NCBI GenBank assembly: GCA_937875785.1
Contig: CALEGV010000048.1
Coordinates: forward strand, 10,593 to 74,592
DNA: 64,000 bases
Direction of reading: 5' to 3'
Origin: an uncultured Mollicutes bacterium
GTDB taxonomy: Bacteria > Bacillota_I > Bacilli_A > ML615J-28 > CAG-313
The translations under genes and the position numbers were made by a program. The notes beneath the pieces were generated by a model. That model did no database searches. It was given only the letters and a program-made list of their open reading frames with translations, and was not told where the DNA came from. Shown here piece by piece: positions 19,451 through 29,463 of this stretch (its first letter is position 1; every line of letters begins with the position of its first letter).

Positions 19451-20593
19451 ATGGGAAGAAAAAAGGGAAGTAAGAATAAGAAAACAATTCAAAAAGCTCA
19501 AATCAAAAAAATAAAAAAACTGCCAATGGGATTTGTCATCATTATTTTGATAATATTGATAGGTTTAGGTTTATGGTGGTATTTTACAATATATAGTAAT
19601 GAAAGTAGCAATAACGAAAATGATTATAAACCATCACTTAAAGATGGAATCATCTATTTAGAAAAAGAAGGAACGATTCAAGAAGAAGTAAAAGTCACAT
19701 TTTTAGAGTTATTTGGTAGTACAAATAATCCACAAATTGGAGATTCCCTTCTTATTGAATGTGGAGATATTGATATCTTGATTGATGCGGGAGAAAAAGC
19801 AAGTGGTTCTTCAACGGTTGTTCCTTTTTTAGAAAAACATGTGGAAGATAAAGTGTTAGAAATGGTCATTGTCACACATGCAGATAGTGATCATTTAGGT
19901 GGTATGGTTGGTGTTTCAACAGGATATGGAGCTTTAGAGATTCCAGATTTCACGTATCAATATATTATTGATTTTGGCTATGAGGCCACAACACAAGTAT
20001 ATAAAGATTATGTCGAGCTAAGAACTCATCGAGTAAATGAAGGAGCAAAGTATTTTAGTATAGGAAGCCTCTTTGACCAAGAAAATCTAGAAACTGCAAC
20101 TCGTTTTTATTTAGGAGTAGACACATACTTAGATTTTTTAGATTATAAAACTTACGCAATGGATTCCATAACTGATGATAATGATCGTTCAGTTAGTTGT
20201 TTGCTTACGCATATGGAAAAAACTTTCCTTTTTACAGGAGATTCTGAAAAAAAAGAAGAAGAATATTTAACACAACTAGATTTGCCTAAAATTGATGTTT
20301 TCAAAGCCAATCATCATGGATCACCTACATCAAACACTGTTGGATTATTAAATAAAATTCATCCAGAATATGTTATTGTTTGTTCAAGTGAAACGAACAA
20401 ATATAATTTACCTAAAAAAACAATCATTTCTAGAATAAATGAATATACTAATTATATATATGCGACATTTATAAGTGGTAATATTGAAGTGATATCAAAA
20501 AATAATCAAATTACAATATCTTCCTCAAGAGATTTAATTCCGATACAAGAATCCGTATGGTATAAAGAGGATGATCCAAATAATCCAAGGTAA
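19451..20593 (+). CDS. Membrane-anchored MBL-fold metallo-hydrolase (ComEC C-terminal lactamase-like)
   Basis: N-terminal basic tail plus one TM helix. Extracytoplasmic domain with VIVTHADSDHLGGM and ANHHGS motifs. Confidence 0.6.
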   Translation: MGRKKGSKNKKTIQKAQIKKIKKLPMGFVIIILIILIGLGLWWYFTIYSNESSNNENDYKPSLKDGIIYLEKEGTIQEEVKVTFLELFGSTNNPQIGDSLLIECGDIDILIDAGEKASGSSTVVPFLEKHVEDKVLEMVIVTHADSDHLGGMVGVSTGYGALEIPDFTYQYIIDFGYEATTQVYKDYVELRTHRVNEGAKYFSIGSLFDQENLETATRFYLGVDTYLDFLDYKTYAMDSITDDNDRSVSCLLTHMEKTFLFTGDSEKKEEEYLTQLDLPKIDVFKANHHGSPTSNTVGLLNKIHPEYVIVCSSETNKYNLPKKTIISRINEYTNYIYATFISGNIEVISKNNQITISSSRDLIPIQESVWYKEDDPNNPR

Positions 20594-20596
20594 AAT

Positions 20597-20866
20597 ATGT
20601 TAAAAATATACTTATTTATATGGGGGATAATGAGTTTAATCACTATGGTACTTTATTTTATTGACAAATTAAAAGCAAAATACCATAGGTGGCGTATCAA
20701 AGAAACTATTTTACTAGTGTGTACTTTTCTTTTTGGCTCAATTGGTGCTTTCATAGGAATTTACATTTTGCATCATAAAAGTAAACATTGGTACTTTCGT
20801 TTTATTTGCTATGTCAGTTTGTTTATCCATATTGCTATTGCTATTCTCATTATAATTCGTAAATAG
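20597..20866 (+). CDS. DUF1294 small membrane protein
   Basis: 89 aa with the DK..A......RI.E..L...........G...G......HK..H pattern typical of DUF1294. Confidence 0.5.
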   Translation: MLKIYLFIWGIMSLITMVLYFIDKLKAKYHRWRIKETILLVCTFLFGSIGAFIGIYILHHKSKHWYFRFICYVSLFIHIAIAILIIIRK

Positions 20867-20934
20867 TAATTCAAAAAATTTGTTTTGTTAAAATAAATAG
20901 TGTATAATATAATAAAAAATAGGAGGACAATAAG

Positions 20935-21918
20935 ATGATTCAATATTTACCTTTTGAAGAAGAATATCAAACACAAATGTACAAAGTTTTTATTCATTTA
21001 ACAGAAGAAGAATGTTTTTTTAAACCATTATCAGAAGAAGAATTTGCAGTTAAACTATTTAAAAATCCAAATTTTCAAAAAGAAGGAACTTTTGTTGCTT
21101 TAGATGGCGAAAAATTAGTAGGTTTTGCTAGTGGCAGTATTCGTGAGGTTGATAAAGAAAATCCGAATGCTTCAGGTTATTTACATACCTTTATTGTTGA
21201 AAAAGAATATCGCCGTCAAGGTATTGGTACGAAATTGCTTGAATTAGTAGAAAACTATTTTACAGAAAATGGAAGAAATTCTTCAAGATTTGTATTTTTA
21301 AGTGGTATCTGTTGGCCATGGTACATTCCTTATACGAAACATGAGCATCCAGGAATGCCAGCAGTAAGAATGAATTCAGACTTTTATTTATTTTTATATC
21401 ATCATGGATATTTTGTAAATAGCATTCATGAGGGATTCCATTTGCCTCTATCTGAATACCAATTGCCTGAAAAAGTCGTTAAGCAAATGGAAGAAAATCA
21501 AAAACGTGGATTAACGGTTGAAGTTTATGATGCTGAAAAACATTATGGCATAGATGAATTTTGTGAAGTAATTCAAAATCCAGGATTTGCTCATTCTATA
21601 AAATCAAATTTAAACAAACCAAATCCTAATCCATTTTTGGTTGCATTGCATAATAATAAGGTTGTAGGCTGGACTGGTGCAATGTATACGGAAGAGACTG
21701 GCAGAGGTCATTTAGATGGAATTTGTGTTGATCCAAATGAACGAGGTGGAGGTCTTGGAAAAGCTTTATTTTGCTATCTTTGTGCCTATTTAAAAGATCA
21801 TGGATCAACTTATATGACTTTTTTCACTGGCCTTGAAAATCCAGCAAGATACATTTATATGTTTGCAGGTTTCAAAGTTGCACAAAGTTTTGCAGATATG
21901 AAAAAGAATTTAAATTAA
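20935..21918 (+). CDS. Tandem-GNAT N-acetyltransferase
   Basis: Two acetyl-CoA-binding motif-A segments, YRRQGIGTKLLELVENYF and ERGGGLGKALFCYLCAYL. AGGAGGA RBS. Confidence 0.6.
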   Translation: MIQYLPFEEEYQTQMYKVFIHLTEEECFFKPLSEEEFAVKLFKNPNFQKEGTFVALDGEKLVGFASGSIREVDKENPNASGYLHTFIVEKEYRRQGIGTKLLELVENYFTENGRNSSRFVFLSGICWPWYIPYTKHEHPGMPAVRMNSDFYLFLYHHGYFVNSIHEGFHLPLSEYQLPEKVVKQMEENQKRGLTVEVYDAEKHYGIDEFCEVIQNPGFAHSIKSNLNKPNPNPFLVALHNNKVVGWTGAMYTEETGRGHLDGICVDPNERGGGLGKALFCYLCAYLKDHGSTYMTFFTGLENPARYIYMFAGFKVAQSFADMKKNLN

Positions 21919-21943
21919 AATAGTAAAAAGAAAGGAGAGAAAT

Positions 21944-22414
21944 ATGGCAAAAGCAAAGAAATCAACCAATAATTTGCTAAATGCGGTATTGTACATTGCA
22001 ATAGGGGTATTATTTTGCATTTTTAAAGCAGGCGTATTAAATTGGTTAATGACTGTTGTAGGGATATTCTTTATTGTCGAAGGAATTTTGAGCATCATCA
22101 ATAAAGATGTTACATCGGGCGTTGTTGCAATTGTAATTGGTGTTGTATTAATATTAGGCGGTTGGTTATTCATCCAAGTGGTTTTAATTGTTTTTGGTAT
22201 ATTGGTTGTGATTAAAGGTATACTAGATTTAATTGAGGCCATTCATGTGAAAAATATTGCACTCATAGTTGTAGATGCAATTACAATCGTTATAGGTGTA
22301 CTATTAATAGTTAGTCATTGGGTTTTATTAGATTGGTTCTTTATTGTTCTTGGAGTAGTGTTTATTGTCAATGGAGTATTGGCTTTATTTGGCAAGAAAT
22401 TATCGTTTAGATAA
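21944..22414 (+). CDS. Small polytopic membrane protein (DUF308/HdeD-like)
   Basis: 156 aa, almost entirely hydrophobic, with repeated G(I/V)L..I.GI..(I/L) units. Confidence 0.4.
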   Translation: MAKAKKSTNNLLNAVLYIAIGVLFCIFKAGVLNWLMTVVGIFFIVEGILSIINKDVTSGVVAIVIGVVLILGGWLFIQVVLIVFGILVVIKGILDLIEAIHVKNIALIVVDAITIVIGVLLIVSHWVLLDWFFIVLGVVFIVNGVLALFGKKLSFR

Positions 22415-22446
22415 AGCTATAAAAATACATAAATAATCTAAAAAAG

Positions 22447-22492
22447 AATGCATTAGAGAGAGAATAACACTCACAATCTAATGCGTTTTTTA
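22447..22492 (+). terminator. Possible terminator after the accessory block
   Basis: AATGCATTAG ... CTAATGCGTTTTTT. The stem is good but the loop is long (about 21 nt). Confidence 0.35.
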
Positions 22493-22540
22493 TATAACAA
22501 AGGATAATGAAAAATGATATCATCTAAAAGAACAAATTAC

Positions 22541-22568
22541 TTGATTTTTTGAAAAAAAAGAGTATAAT
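22541..22568 (+). promoter_or_regulatory. Promoter of rplK-rplA
   Basis: TTGATT, a 16-nt spacer, TATAAT, about 105 nt upstream of the rplK GTG. The intervening leader could hold the L1-binding autoregulatory site. Confidence 0.4.
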
Positions 22569-22673
22569 GAGTAATGCGTGCAATGACGCTTTATACTATG
22601 AATTTTAAAAGTGTGGGAGAACATCATAGTTGTTCATAAACCACATCACGGACAAATGAAGGAGGTGTGTCAC

Positions 22674-23108
22674 GTGGCAGCAAAAGTTAAACAAGTAAAA
22701 AAAGTTGTTAAACTACAAATTCCTGCGGCAAAAGCAAATCCAGCTCCACCAGTTGGTCCAGCACTAGGACAAGCAGGTGTTAATATTCAACAATTCTGCA
22801 CCCAATTTAATGAAAAAACTAAAGATATGGCAGGCTATGTAATTCCAGTTGAGATTTCAGTTTATGAAGATCGTACATTCACTTTTATTACAAAGACTCC
22901 ACCAGCATCTGATTTATTAAAAAAGGCAGCAGGTGTTTCTAAAGGTTCAAACAATGCAAAAAAGAATAAGGTAGCAACAATCAGTAGAGCAAAATTAATG
23001 GAAATTGCTCAAATGAAGATGCCAGATTTAAATGCTTACACTGTTGAGGCGGCAGCAAATATTGTTGAAGGTACTGCAAGAAACATGGGGATTGTTGTAG
23101 AAAAGTAG
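22674..23108 (+). CDS. rplK: 50S ribosomal protein L11
   Basis: GTG start after [39 protein letters not shown]. The track ORF is N-extended from 22611. Confidence 0.9.
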   Translation: MAAKVKQVKKVVKLQIPAAKANPAPPVGPALGQAGVNIQQFCTQFNEKTKDMAGYVIPVEISVYEDRTFTFITKTPPASDLLKKAAGVSKGSNNAKKNKVATISRAKLMEIAQMKMPDLNAYTVEAAANIVEGTARNMGIVVEK

Positions 23109-23216
23109 GTTTATATATTCTCTTTAAATAGACGGAAAAGTTAAAATATTTATGATAACTTTAAAGTCATCGTGGGAGGAGAATCCGTTAGACCACATTT
23201 AGGAGGTAAAATAACA

Positions 23217-23909
23217 ATGGCAAAAAGAGGAAAAAAATATCAAGAAGCTTTAAAATTAGTCGATCGTTCAAAAAGATATGCTCTAGATGAAGCGGTTGAA
23301 CTAGTTAAAAAAACAAATTGTGCAAAATTTGATGCTACAGTAGAAGTTTCATTTAGATTAAATATCGACCCTCGTAAAGCAGAACAAAATTTACGTGGTG
23401 CAGTTTCACTTCCAAACGGAACTGGTAAAACTGTACGTGTATTGGTTATTGCTAAAAGTGCAAAGGCTCAAGAGGCTTTGGCAGCTGGTGCTGATTATGC
23501 AGGAGATGCTGAATATCTTGAGAAAATTAAAGAAGGTTGGTTTGAATTTGATACCATCATCGCTACACCAGATATGATGGGTGAACTTGGTAAATTGGGT
23601 CGTATTTTAGGACCCAAAGGGTTAATGCCAAATCCAAAGACTGGTACTGTAACAATGAATATTGAACAAACAGTTAAGGAATTTAAAGCTGGTAAAGTTG
23701 AATATCGTACTGATAAAGTAGGTAATATTCAAATTCCAGTTGGAAAGGTATCATTTGAAAATGCAAAACTTGTTGAAAATATTCAAGCAATTTGCAAACA
23801 AATTATGCGTATTAAACCTCAAACTGTAAAAGGTGTTTATGTTCAAAATTTAACAATTGCTTCAACTATGGGGCCTGGTATTAAAGTAAGTCTAGAAGCG
23901 ATTGCATAA
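23217..23909 (+). CDS. rplA: 50S ribosomal protein L1
   Basis: [32 protein letters not shown] with a GGAGG RBS. The track ORF is N-extended from 23172. Confidence 0.95.
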   Translation: MAKRGKKYQEALKLVDRSKRYALDEAVELVKKTNCAKFDATVEVSFRLNIDPRKAEQNLRGAVSLPNGTGKTVRVLVIAKSAKAQEALAAGADYAGDAEYLEKIKEGWFEFDTIIATPDMMGELGKLGRILGPKGLMPNPKTGTVTMNIEQTVKEFKAGKVEYRTDKVGNIQIPVGKVSFENAKLVENIQAICKQIMRIKPQTVKGVYVQNLTIASTMGPGIKVSLEAIA

Positions 23910-24055
23910 TAAATAAAATAAAAATTCATAAGTAAATAAAGTAGTATAAAAGTCTCTGCCGTAGACAGTAGGTGCCAATGAGGTAAGACAACTCAAAAGC
24001 TTAATTTCCTACCGAGGATAAAACTTTCTTTTTAAGAAAGGATTAATTTTTCAGG
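23910..24055 (+). ncRNA. Probable L10 (rplJ) leader
   Basis: A 150-nt structured UTR between rplA and rplJ (GUCUCUGCCGUAGACAG, GGUGCC...CCUACCGAGG, CUUUCUUUUUAAGAAAG hairpins). The position matches the Firmicutes L10 leader. Confidence 0.4.
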
Positions 24056-24066
24056 AGGTGAAAACA

Positions 24067-24555
24067 ATGAATGAAGCGACAATCGCTAAAAAACATGAAG
24101 AGGTCCAAGTCGTTAGAGAAAAGATCTCTAAAGCTGGATCAACATTATTCGTTGATTACCTAGGATTAACTGTAGCTGAAGTTACTGAACTTCGTGTTAA
24201 GCTACACGCTGAAAACTGTGAAATGAAAGTTGTGAAAAACAACATTTTACGCCGTGCAACATCTGAAGAAGGTTACACAGAAATGGGTGAACATTTAGTT
24301 GGACCAAGTGCAATTGTAGTTGGTCATGACGAAGTTTCTGCAGCAAAAGTTGTTTATGGCTTTGCAAAGGACCATGAAAAACTAACTGTAAAAGCAGGTA
24401 TCGTTGATGGTAAAGTAACAAGTGAAAAAGATTTAAAAGCTTTATCGGCATTACCAAACAAAGAAGGTATGTTATCTATGTTATTAAGTGTGTTACAAGC
24501 ACCTATTCGCAACCTTGCATGTGCTATTAAGGCAGTATCAGAAAAAGAAAATTAA
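24067..24555 (+). CDS. rplJ: 50S ribosomal protein L10
   Basis: ATG 6 nt after AGGAGGTG. L10 fold; followed by rplL. Confidence 0.9.
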   Translation: MNEATIAKKHEEVQVVREKISKAGSTLFVDYLGLTVAEVTELRVKLHAENCEMKVVKNNILRRATSEEGYTEMGEHLVGPSAIVVGHDEVSAAKVVYGFAKDHEKLTVKAGIVDGKVTSEKDLKALSALPNKEGMLSMLLSVLQAPIRNLACAIKAVSEKEN

Positions 24556-24572
24556 TTAGGAGGACAAACGAA

Positions 24573-24941
24573 ATGGCAATCAATAAAGAGGAATTTATTG
24601 CAGCTCTAAAAGAAATGAGCGTATTAGAATTAAATGAATTAGTAAAAGCTATTGAAGAAGAATTTGGTGTTACAGCTGCAGCTCCAGTAGCAGTTGCAGG
24701 AGCAGCTGCCGCAGCAGTTGAAGAAGGACCTACAGAAGTTAATGTTATTTTAACTAGTGCAGGTGCTGCTAAATTAAATGTTATCAAACTTGTTCGTGAA
24801 GTTACTGGTTTAGGATTAAAAGAAGCTAAAGATTTAGTTGATAATGCTCCAAAACCAATTAAAGAAAAAGTAACTCCAGAAGAAGCTGAAGCATTAAAAG
24901 CTAAATTTGTTGAAGCTGGCGCTGAAATAGAAGTAAAATAG
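24573..24941 (+). CDS. rplL: 50S ribosomal protein L7/L12
   Basis: [33 protein letters not shown], an Ala-rich hinge and a C-terminal [10 protein letters not shown]. Confidence 0.95.
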   Translation: MAINKEEFIAALKEMSVLELNELVKAIEEEFGVTAAAPVAVAGAAAAAVEEGPTEVNVILTSAGAAKLNVIKLVREVTGLGLKEAKDLVDNAPKPIKEKVTPEEAEALKAKFVEAGAEIEVK

Positions 24942-24953
24942 TGAAACTAGCGA

Positions 24954-24982
24954 AAGCCTGAGTATTTCAGGCTTTTATTTTA
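24954..24982 (+). terminator. Terminator/attenuator after rplL
   Basis: AAAGCCTGA-gtatt-TCAGGCTTT followed by TATTTT. Confidence 0.7.
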
Positions 24983-24992
24983 AGGAGTAAAA

Positions 24993-25589
24993 ATGAGTAA
25001 CCAATATTTTGAAAACAATCCTAATTTAAAGAGCAATCAAGTGGAAATGACATATTATATCAAAGGGAAAACAATGCATTTTTTGACAGATAATGGCGTA
25101 TTTTCTAAAAAAAGAGTCGATTTTGGAAGTAGTCTATTGATAAAAACACTTCCAGAAATGGGAGAAAAGAAGATTCTTGATGTAGGATGTGGATATGGGC
25201 CTATTGGTCTTACAATAGCAAAAATGAATCCTAAAAGTAAAGTTCATATGATTGATATTAATGAAAGAGCAATCGAATTGGCATTCAAAAATAAAATGCT
25301 TAATGCTGTTGAAAATGTGGAAATTTTCGTTAGTAATATTTATGAAAATGTTCACCAAAATTATGATATAATAGTTACAAATCCCCCTATACGAGCAGGA
25401 AAAAAAGTAGTATGGGATATCACACTAGGTGCAATAGAATATTTAGATTTTCAAGGCGAAATGTGGTGTGTAATTCAGAAAAAACAGGGAGCTGAGTCTC
25501 TTTTAAAAGGACTGAAAATGACATATACTCATGTTGAGGTTGTTGAAAAAGAAAATGGTTACTGGATTATTAAAACTTCAAGAAAATAA
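24993..25589 (+). CDS. Class I SAM-dependent methyltransferase (YbxB/RsmC-like)
   Basis: LDVGCGYGPIGL SAM motif and a VTNPPI motif. Located between rplL and rpoB, as B. subtilis ybxB is. Confidence 0.75.
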   Translation: MSNQYFENNPNLKSNQVEMTYYIKGKTMHFLTDNGVFSKKRVDFGSSLLIKTLPEMGEKKILDVGCGYGPIGLTIAKMNPKSKVHMIDINERAIELAFKNKMLNAVENVEIFVSNIYENVHQNYDIIVTNPPIRAGKKVVWDITLGAIEYLDFQGEMWCVIQKKQGAESLLKGLKMTYTHVEVVEKENGYWIIKTSRK

Positions 25590-25596
25590 AAGCAAA

Positions 25597-25640
25597 ATGG
25601 GTAATAAAAATTACCTATTTTTTATTTTTTTATCAATTCT
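25597..25640 (+). terminator. Weak terminator after ybxB-like gene
   Basis: GGTAAT-aaaa-ATTACC followed by TATTTTTTATTTTTTT. Confidence 0.4.
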
Positions 25641-25694
25641 TATTCAATTAAAAGAGAAAAAAACTAAAAAATATTAAAAAAAGTGGCAATTTAC

Positions 25695-25723
25695 TTGACA
25701 AAATTAACGTTTTAGAATATAAT
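25695..25723 (+). promoter_or_regulatory. Consensus sigma-A promoter of rpoB-rpoC
   Basis: TTGACA at 25695-25700, a 17-nt spacer, and TATAAT at 25718-25723. Confidence 0.5.
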
Positions 25724-25804
25724 AATCAAGATTATGATATAATGCGGTATAATGTCCTTTACTACATTAAAAATCACTCAAAAATTAAAAAAGAGGTGGC
25801 TAAT

Positions 25805-28800
25805 TTGAGTTATAAAAATGTCCAATATGGTAGAACACACGTTAGAAGAAATTATGCACAGGTTCAAACGAATGTTGAATTACCTAATTTAATTGAAATT
25901 CAAACTAAATCTTTTGATTGGTTTATGAATGATGGATTAAAAGCTTTATTTAAAGAAATGTCGCCAATAAAGGACCATGGAGACGGAGAGAAATTTGAAT
26001 TTCATTTTATGGATCATGAATTTGATGAGCCAAAATATTCAATTCGTGAGGCAAAAATTCATAAAGTCAATTATTCTAGAGCATTAAGAGTAAACGTTGG
26101 CTTGGAAAATAAAGAAACTGGTGAATTTAAAGAAGACAAGATTTTTATGGGTGATTTGCCTGTAATGACACCATGGGGGACTTTTATTATTAATGGTTCT
26201 GAACGTGTAGTTGTCACACAAATCGTTCGTTCAGCTGGTGTTTTCTTTTCAGAAGAAATTGAGAAAAAATCTGGTCATTCTATTTTTTATGGTCAAATTA
26301 TTCCAACACGTGGTATTTGGATTGAATTTGAAAAAAATAACAAAGATATTTGGTATGCAAAAATTGATCGTTCAAAAAAAGTATGTTTACCGACTTTTAT
26401 TCGTGCATTAGGAGTAGGTACAAACCTTGAAATGATAAATCTGTTTGTTGGTGAAGATGATGACATAGCACCAAGACCAAAGAACATTCTAAAAATTTTT
26501 AACGATACCTTTGAAAAAGATGAATCTTTCCGTGAAGATGATGCAATCCGTAAAATTTATGATAATTTAAGACCAGGTGAAAAAACATCACCTGATACTG
26601 CTCGTAAATATATAGCTAGTCGCTTATTTGAAGTTCGTCGTTATGATTTAGCCAAGGTTGGTCGCTTTAAATTTAATAAAAAATTGGATGTTGTTGCAAG
26701 AGCTGTTGGTCATCGTCTTGCAAAAGATTTGATAAATGTCGAAACAGGGGAGATTATCCTTCCTGCTGGCACAGAAATATCTTATCGTAAAGACTCAACA
26801 ACAGGAAAAAGTACAGCTGATATTTTAAATGAAAATCGGGAAAGTTTTAGAAAAAAATACGATTATGAAGTGATGTTACAAGGAGACAATGTGATTCTTG
26901 AGACACTTGATGTTTTAGTGAAAACAAATGAAGGTGATATAAAGGTTCGTCTTCATGGAAATGACCAAAGAGAAGATCGTTGTCATGTCACTTTATCTGA
27001 TATTTTTGCAACAATTAGTTATTATATTAACTTACATGTTGGTGTAGGTAAAGTTGTTGGGAAAATAGATGATATTGACCACTTGAGTAATCGTCGTCTT
27101 CGCTTAATTGGTGAGTTATTACAAAACCAATTCCGTATGGGAATGGTTAAAGTTGAAAAAAGCATTCGTGATAGAATGTCAACATCAGCTGAAGTAAAAA
27201 GTGTTACACCTCCAAATCTTGTAAATATCAAACCGCTTCAAGCAACGTTTAGGGAGTTCTTTGGTAGTAGCCAATTATCACAATTTATGGATCAAATCAA
27301 TCCACTATCAGAACTTACACATAAGAGACGTTTTTCTGCTCTTGGTCAGGGTGGTATATCACGTGATCGTGCTGGATTTGAAGTACGTGATGTGCATTCA
27401 TCACATTATGGAAGAATTTGCCCAGTTGAAACACCCGAAGGTCAAAATATTGGTTTGATTAATTCACTTGCTTCATATGCTAGAGCAAACGAATTTGGAT
27501 TTATTGAAACTCCATACCTTGTAGTAAAAAAAGATAAAGTAAATAAACGTGCCATTATTACAGATGAAATTAGATATTTTACAGCTGATAAAGAAGAAGA
27601 ATTCATTATTGCGGAAGCAAATGTAAGTATGGGTCGTGATCCGAAAACAAATGAGATTATTATTTTAGATGAAAAAGTATTTGCTCGTCAATATGGTGAA
27701 TTTATTGAAACAGATACAATGAATGTTGATTTTATTGACGTATCACCTAAACAAATTGTTGCGATTTCTACAGCGTGTATTCCATTCCTAGAACATGATG
27801 ATACTACACGTGCCTTGATGGGTGCAAATATGCAGCGTCAGGCTATTCCGTTATTAAAGCCAGAGGCACCATTTGTTGGTACTGGTATTGAATACAAAGC
27901 AGCTAAAGATTCAGGTGTTGCCATTTGTTCCGATTGTGATGGAGTTGTTGAATATGTGGATGGGGTAAAGATCGTTGTACGGGATACAAAAGGCGAAAAA
28001 CACACGTATATTTTGAATAAATATGACCGTTCCAATCACTCAACATGTGTGAATCAACGACCAATTGTTATGGCTGGTGAAGTAGTAAAAGAAGGCGATG
28101 TACTTGCTGATGGTCAATCAATGGATCAAGGTGAACTTGCACTTGGAAGAAATGTTATTATTGCTTTTATGACATGGAATGGTTACAACTTTGAAGATGC
28201 CGTAATTATGAGTGAAAGACTTGTTCAAGATGATGTGTATACATCTATTCATATTGAAGAATACACTTGTGAAGCTCGCGATACAAAACTAGGTAAAGAA
28301 GAAATTACTCGTGATTTAGAGGGAGAGAATAAAGATTCAATTGCTCAGTTGGATGAAAATGGAATTATTCGATTAGGTGCAGAAGTAAAAGAGGGGGATA
28401 CTTTAGTTGGTAAGATTACGCCAAAAGGTGTTACTGAACCTACTCCAGAAGAAAGATTAACTCAAGTATTATTCTCTGATAATTCTAAAGATGTACGTGT
28501 AACCTCTCTTAAAGTTCCACATGGGGGTGGAGGAATCGTTCATCGTATTGAAAGATTCAATCGTAAAACAGGTGCTGAATTACAAGCAGGTGTAAACGAA
28601 GTTGTTCGTGTTTATATTGTCCAAAAACGTAAAATTTCTGAAGGTGACAAAATGTCAGGACGCCATGGAAATAAAGGTGTTATTTCTAATATTTTACCAA
28701 TTGAAGATATGCCATATATGGAGGATGGTACACCAGTTGATATTATGTTAAATCCTCAAGGTGTTCCTTCTCGTATGAATATTGGTCAAGTTCTTGAAAT

Positions 28801-29446
28801 TCATGTTGGCATGGCTGCTAAAAAACTTGGTGTTCATGTTGCAACACCTGTATTTGATGGTTTAACACATCAAGATATAGTTGATATTATGAATGAAGCT
28901 CGCGCAAAAGATGAAGAGATTGCAAAAGAGGATCCTTCTAAAGCTCGTGCTATTATTGATGAAAATGGAAAAGCTTATTTATACGATGGACGTACTGGAC
29001 GTCAATTTGATAATAAAATTTCTGTTGGTGTAATGTATATGATTAAACTTGCACATATGGTTGATGATAAACTTCATGCACGTAGTGAAGGTCCATATAC
29101 TCTTGTTACGCAACAACCAATGGGAGGAAAGGCTCAAAATGGTGGTCAACGTTTCGGTGAAATGGAAGTTTGGGCATTAGAGGCATATGGTGCAGCTCAT
29201 ACATTACAAGAAATGATGACGATTAAATCAGATGATATTATTGGAAGAAATAAAGTATATAAAGCTATCGTCGATGGCGAACCACTACCAACTCCAGGTA
29301 TTCCTGAGGCATTCCGTGCTTTAATTAAAGAATTACAAGGATTAGGTCTTAGTGTAAAACTTGTTAATAACGATGGTATTGATGTTGCTAACAAGAGTTT
29401 AGTAGGCGAATTTGCTGAAGCACAAGCAAGTAAACGAGGCCTATAA
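25805..29446 (+). CDS. rpoB: DNA-directed RNA polymerase beta subunit
   Basis: TTG start 5 nt after GAGGTGG. LSYKNVQYGRTHVRRNYAQV...LPNLIEIQ N-terminus and universally conserved beta-subunit blocks throughout (about 1213 aa). Confidence 0.95.
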   Translation: MSYKNVQYGRTHVRRNYAQVQTNVELPNLIEIQTKSFDWFMNDGLKALFKEMSPIKDHGDGEKFEFHFMDHEFDEPKYSIREAKIHKVNYSRALRVNVGLENKETGEFKEDKIFMGDLPVMTPWGTFIINGSERVVVTQIVRSAGVFFSEEIEKKSGHSIFYGQIIPTRGIWIEFEKNNKDIWYAKIDRSKKVCLPTFIRALGVGTNLEMINLFVGEDDDIAPRPKNILKIFNDTFEKDESFREDDAIRKIYDNLRPGEKTSPDTARKYIASRLFEVRRYDLAKVGRFKFNKKLDVVARAVGHRLAKDLINVETGEIILPAGTEISYRKDSTTGKSTADILNENRESFRKKYDYEVMLQGDNVILETLDVLVKTNEGDIKVRLHGNDQREDRCHVTLSDIFATISYYINLHVGVGKVVGKIDDIDHLSNRRLRLIGELLQNQFRMGMVKVEKSIRDRMSTSAEVKSVTPPNLVNIKPLQATFREFFGSSQLSQFMDQINPLSELTHKRRFSALGQGGISRDRAGFEVRDVHSSHYGRICPVETPEGQNIGLINSLASYARANEFGFIETPYLVVKKDKVNKRAIITDEIRYFTADKEEEFIIAEANVSMGRDPKTNEIIILDEKVFARQYGEFIETDTMNVDFIDVSPKQIVAISTACIPFLEHDDTTRALMGANMQRQAIPLLKPEAPFVGTGIEYKAAKDSGVAICSDCDGVVEYVDGVKIVVRDTKGEKHTYILNKYDRSNHSTCVNQRPIVMAGEVVKEGDVLADGQSMDQGELALGRNVIIAFMTWNGYNFEDAVIMSERLVQDDVYTSIHIEEYTCEARDTKLGKEEITRDLEGENKDSIAQLDENGIIRLGAEVKEGDTLVGKITPKGVTEPTPEERLTQVLFSDNSKDVRVTSLKVPHGGGGIVHRIERFNRKTGAELQAGVNEVVRVYIVQKRKISEGDKMSGRHGNKGVISNILPIEDMPYMEDGTPVDIMLNPQGVPSRMNIGQVLEIHVGMAAKKLGVHVATPVFDGLTHQDIVDIMNEARAKDEEIAKEDPSKARAIIDENGKAYLYDGRTGRQFDNKISVGVMYMIKLAHMVDDKLHARSEGPYTLVTQQPMGGKAQNGGQRFGEMEVWALEAYGAAHTLQEMMTIKSDDIIGRNKVYKAIVDGEPLPTPGIPEAFRALIKELQGLGLSVKLVNNDGIDVANKSLVGEFAEAQASKRGL

Positions 29447-29463
29447 TATAAGGGGTGAATTAT

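Noticed and set aside
22611-22673. N-terminal extensions implied by the track starts for rplK (22611), rplA (23172), rpmG (18175), fmt (35884), glgP (3733), sdaA (37373), rpoB (25742) and Nudix (40169).
   Set aside because: Internal start codons with proper RBS spacing give N-termini matching conserved family starts. The extensions overlap promoters, terminators or upstream genes.
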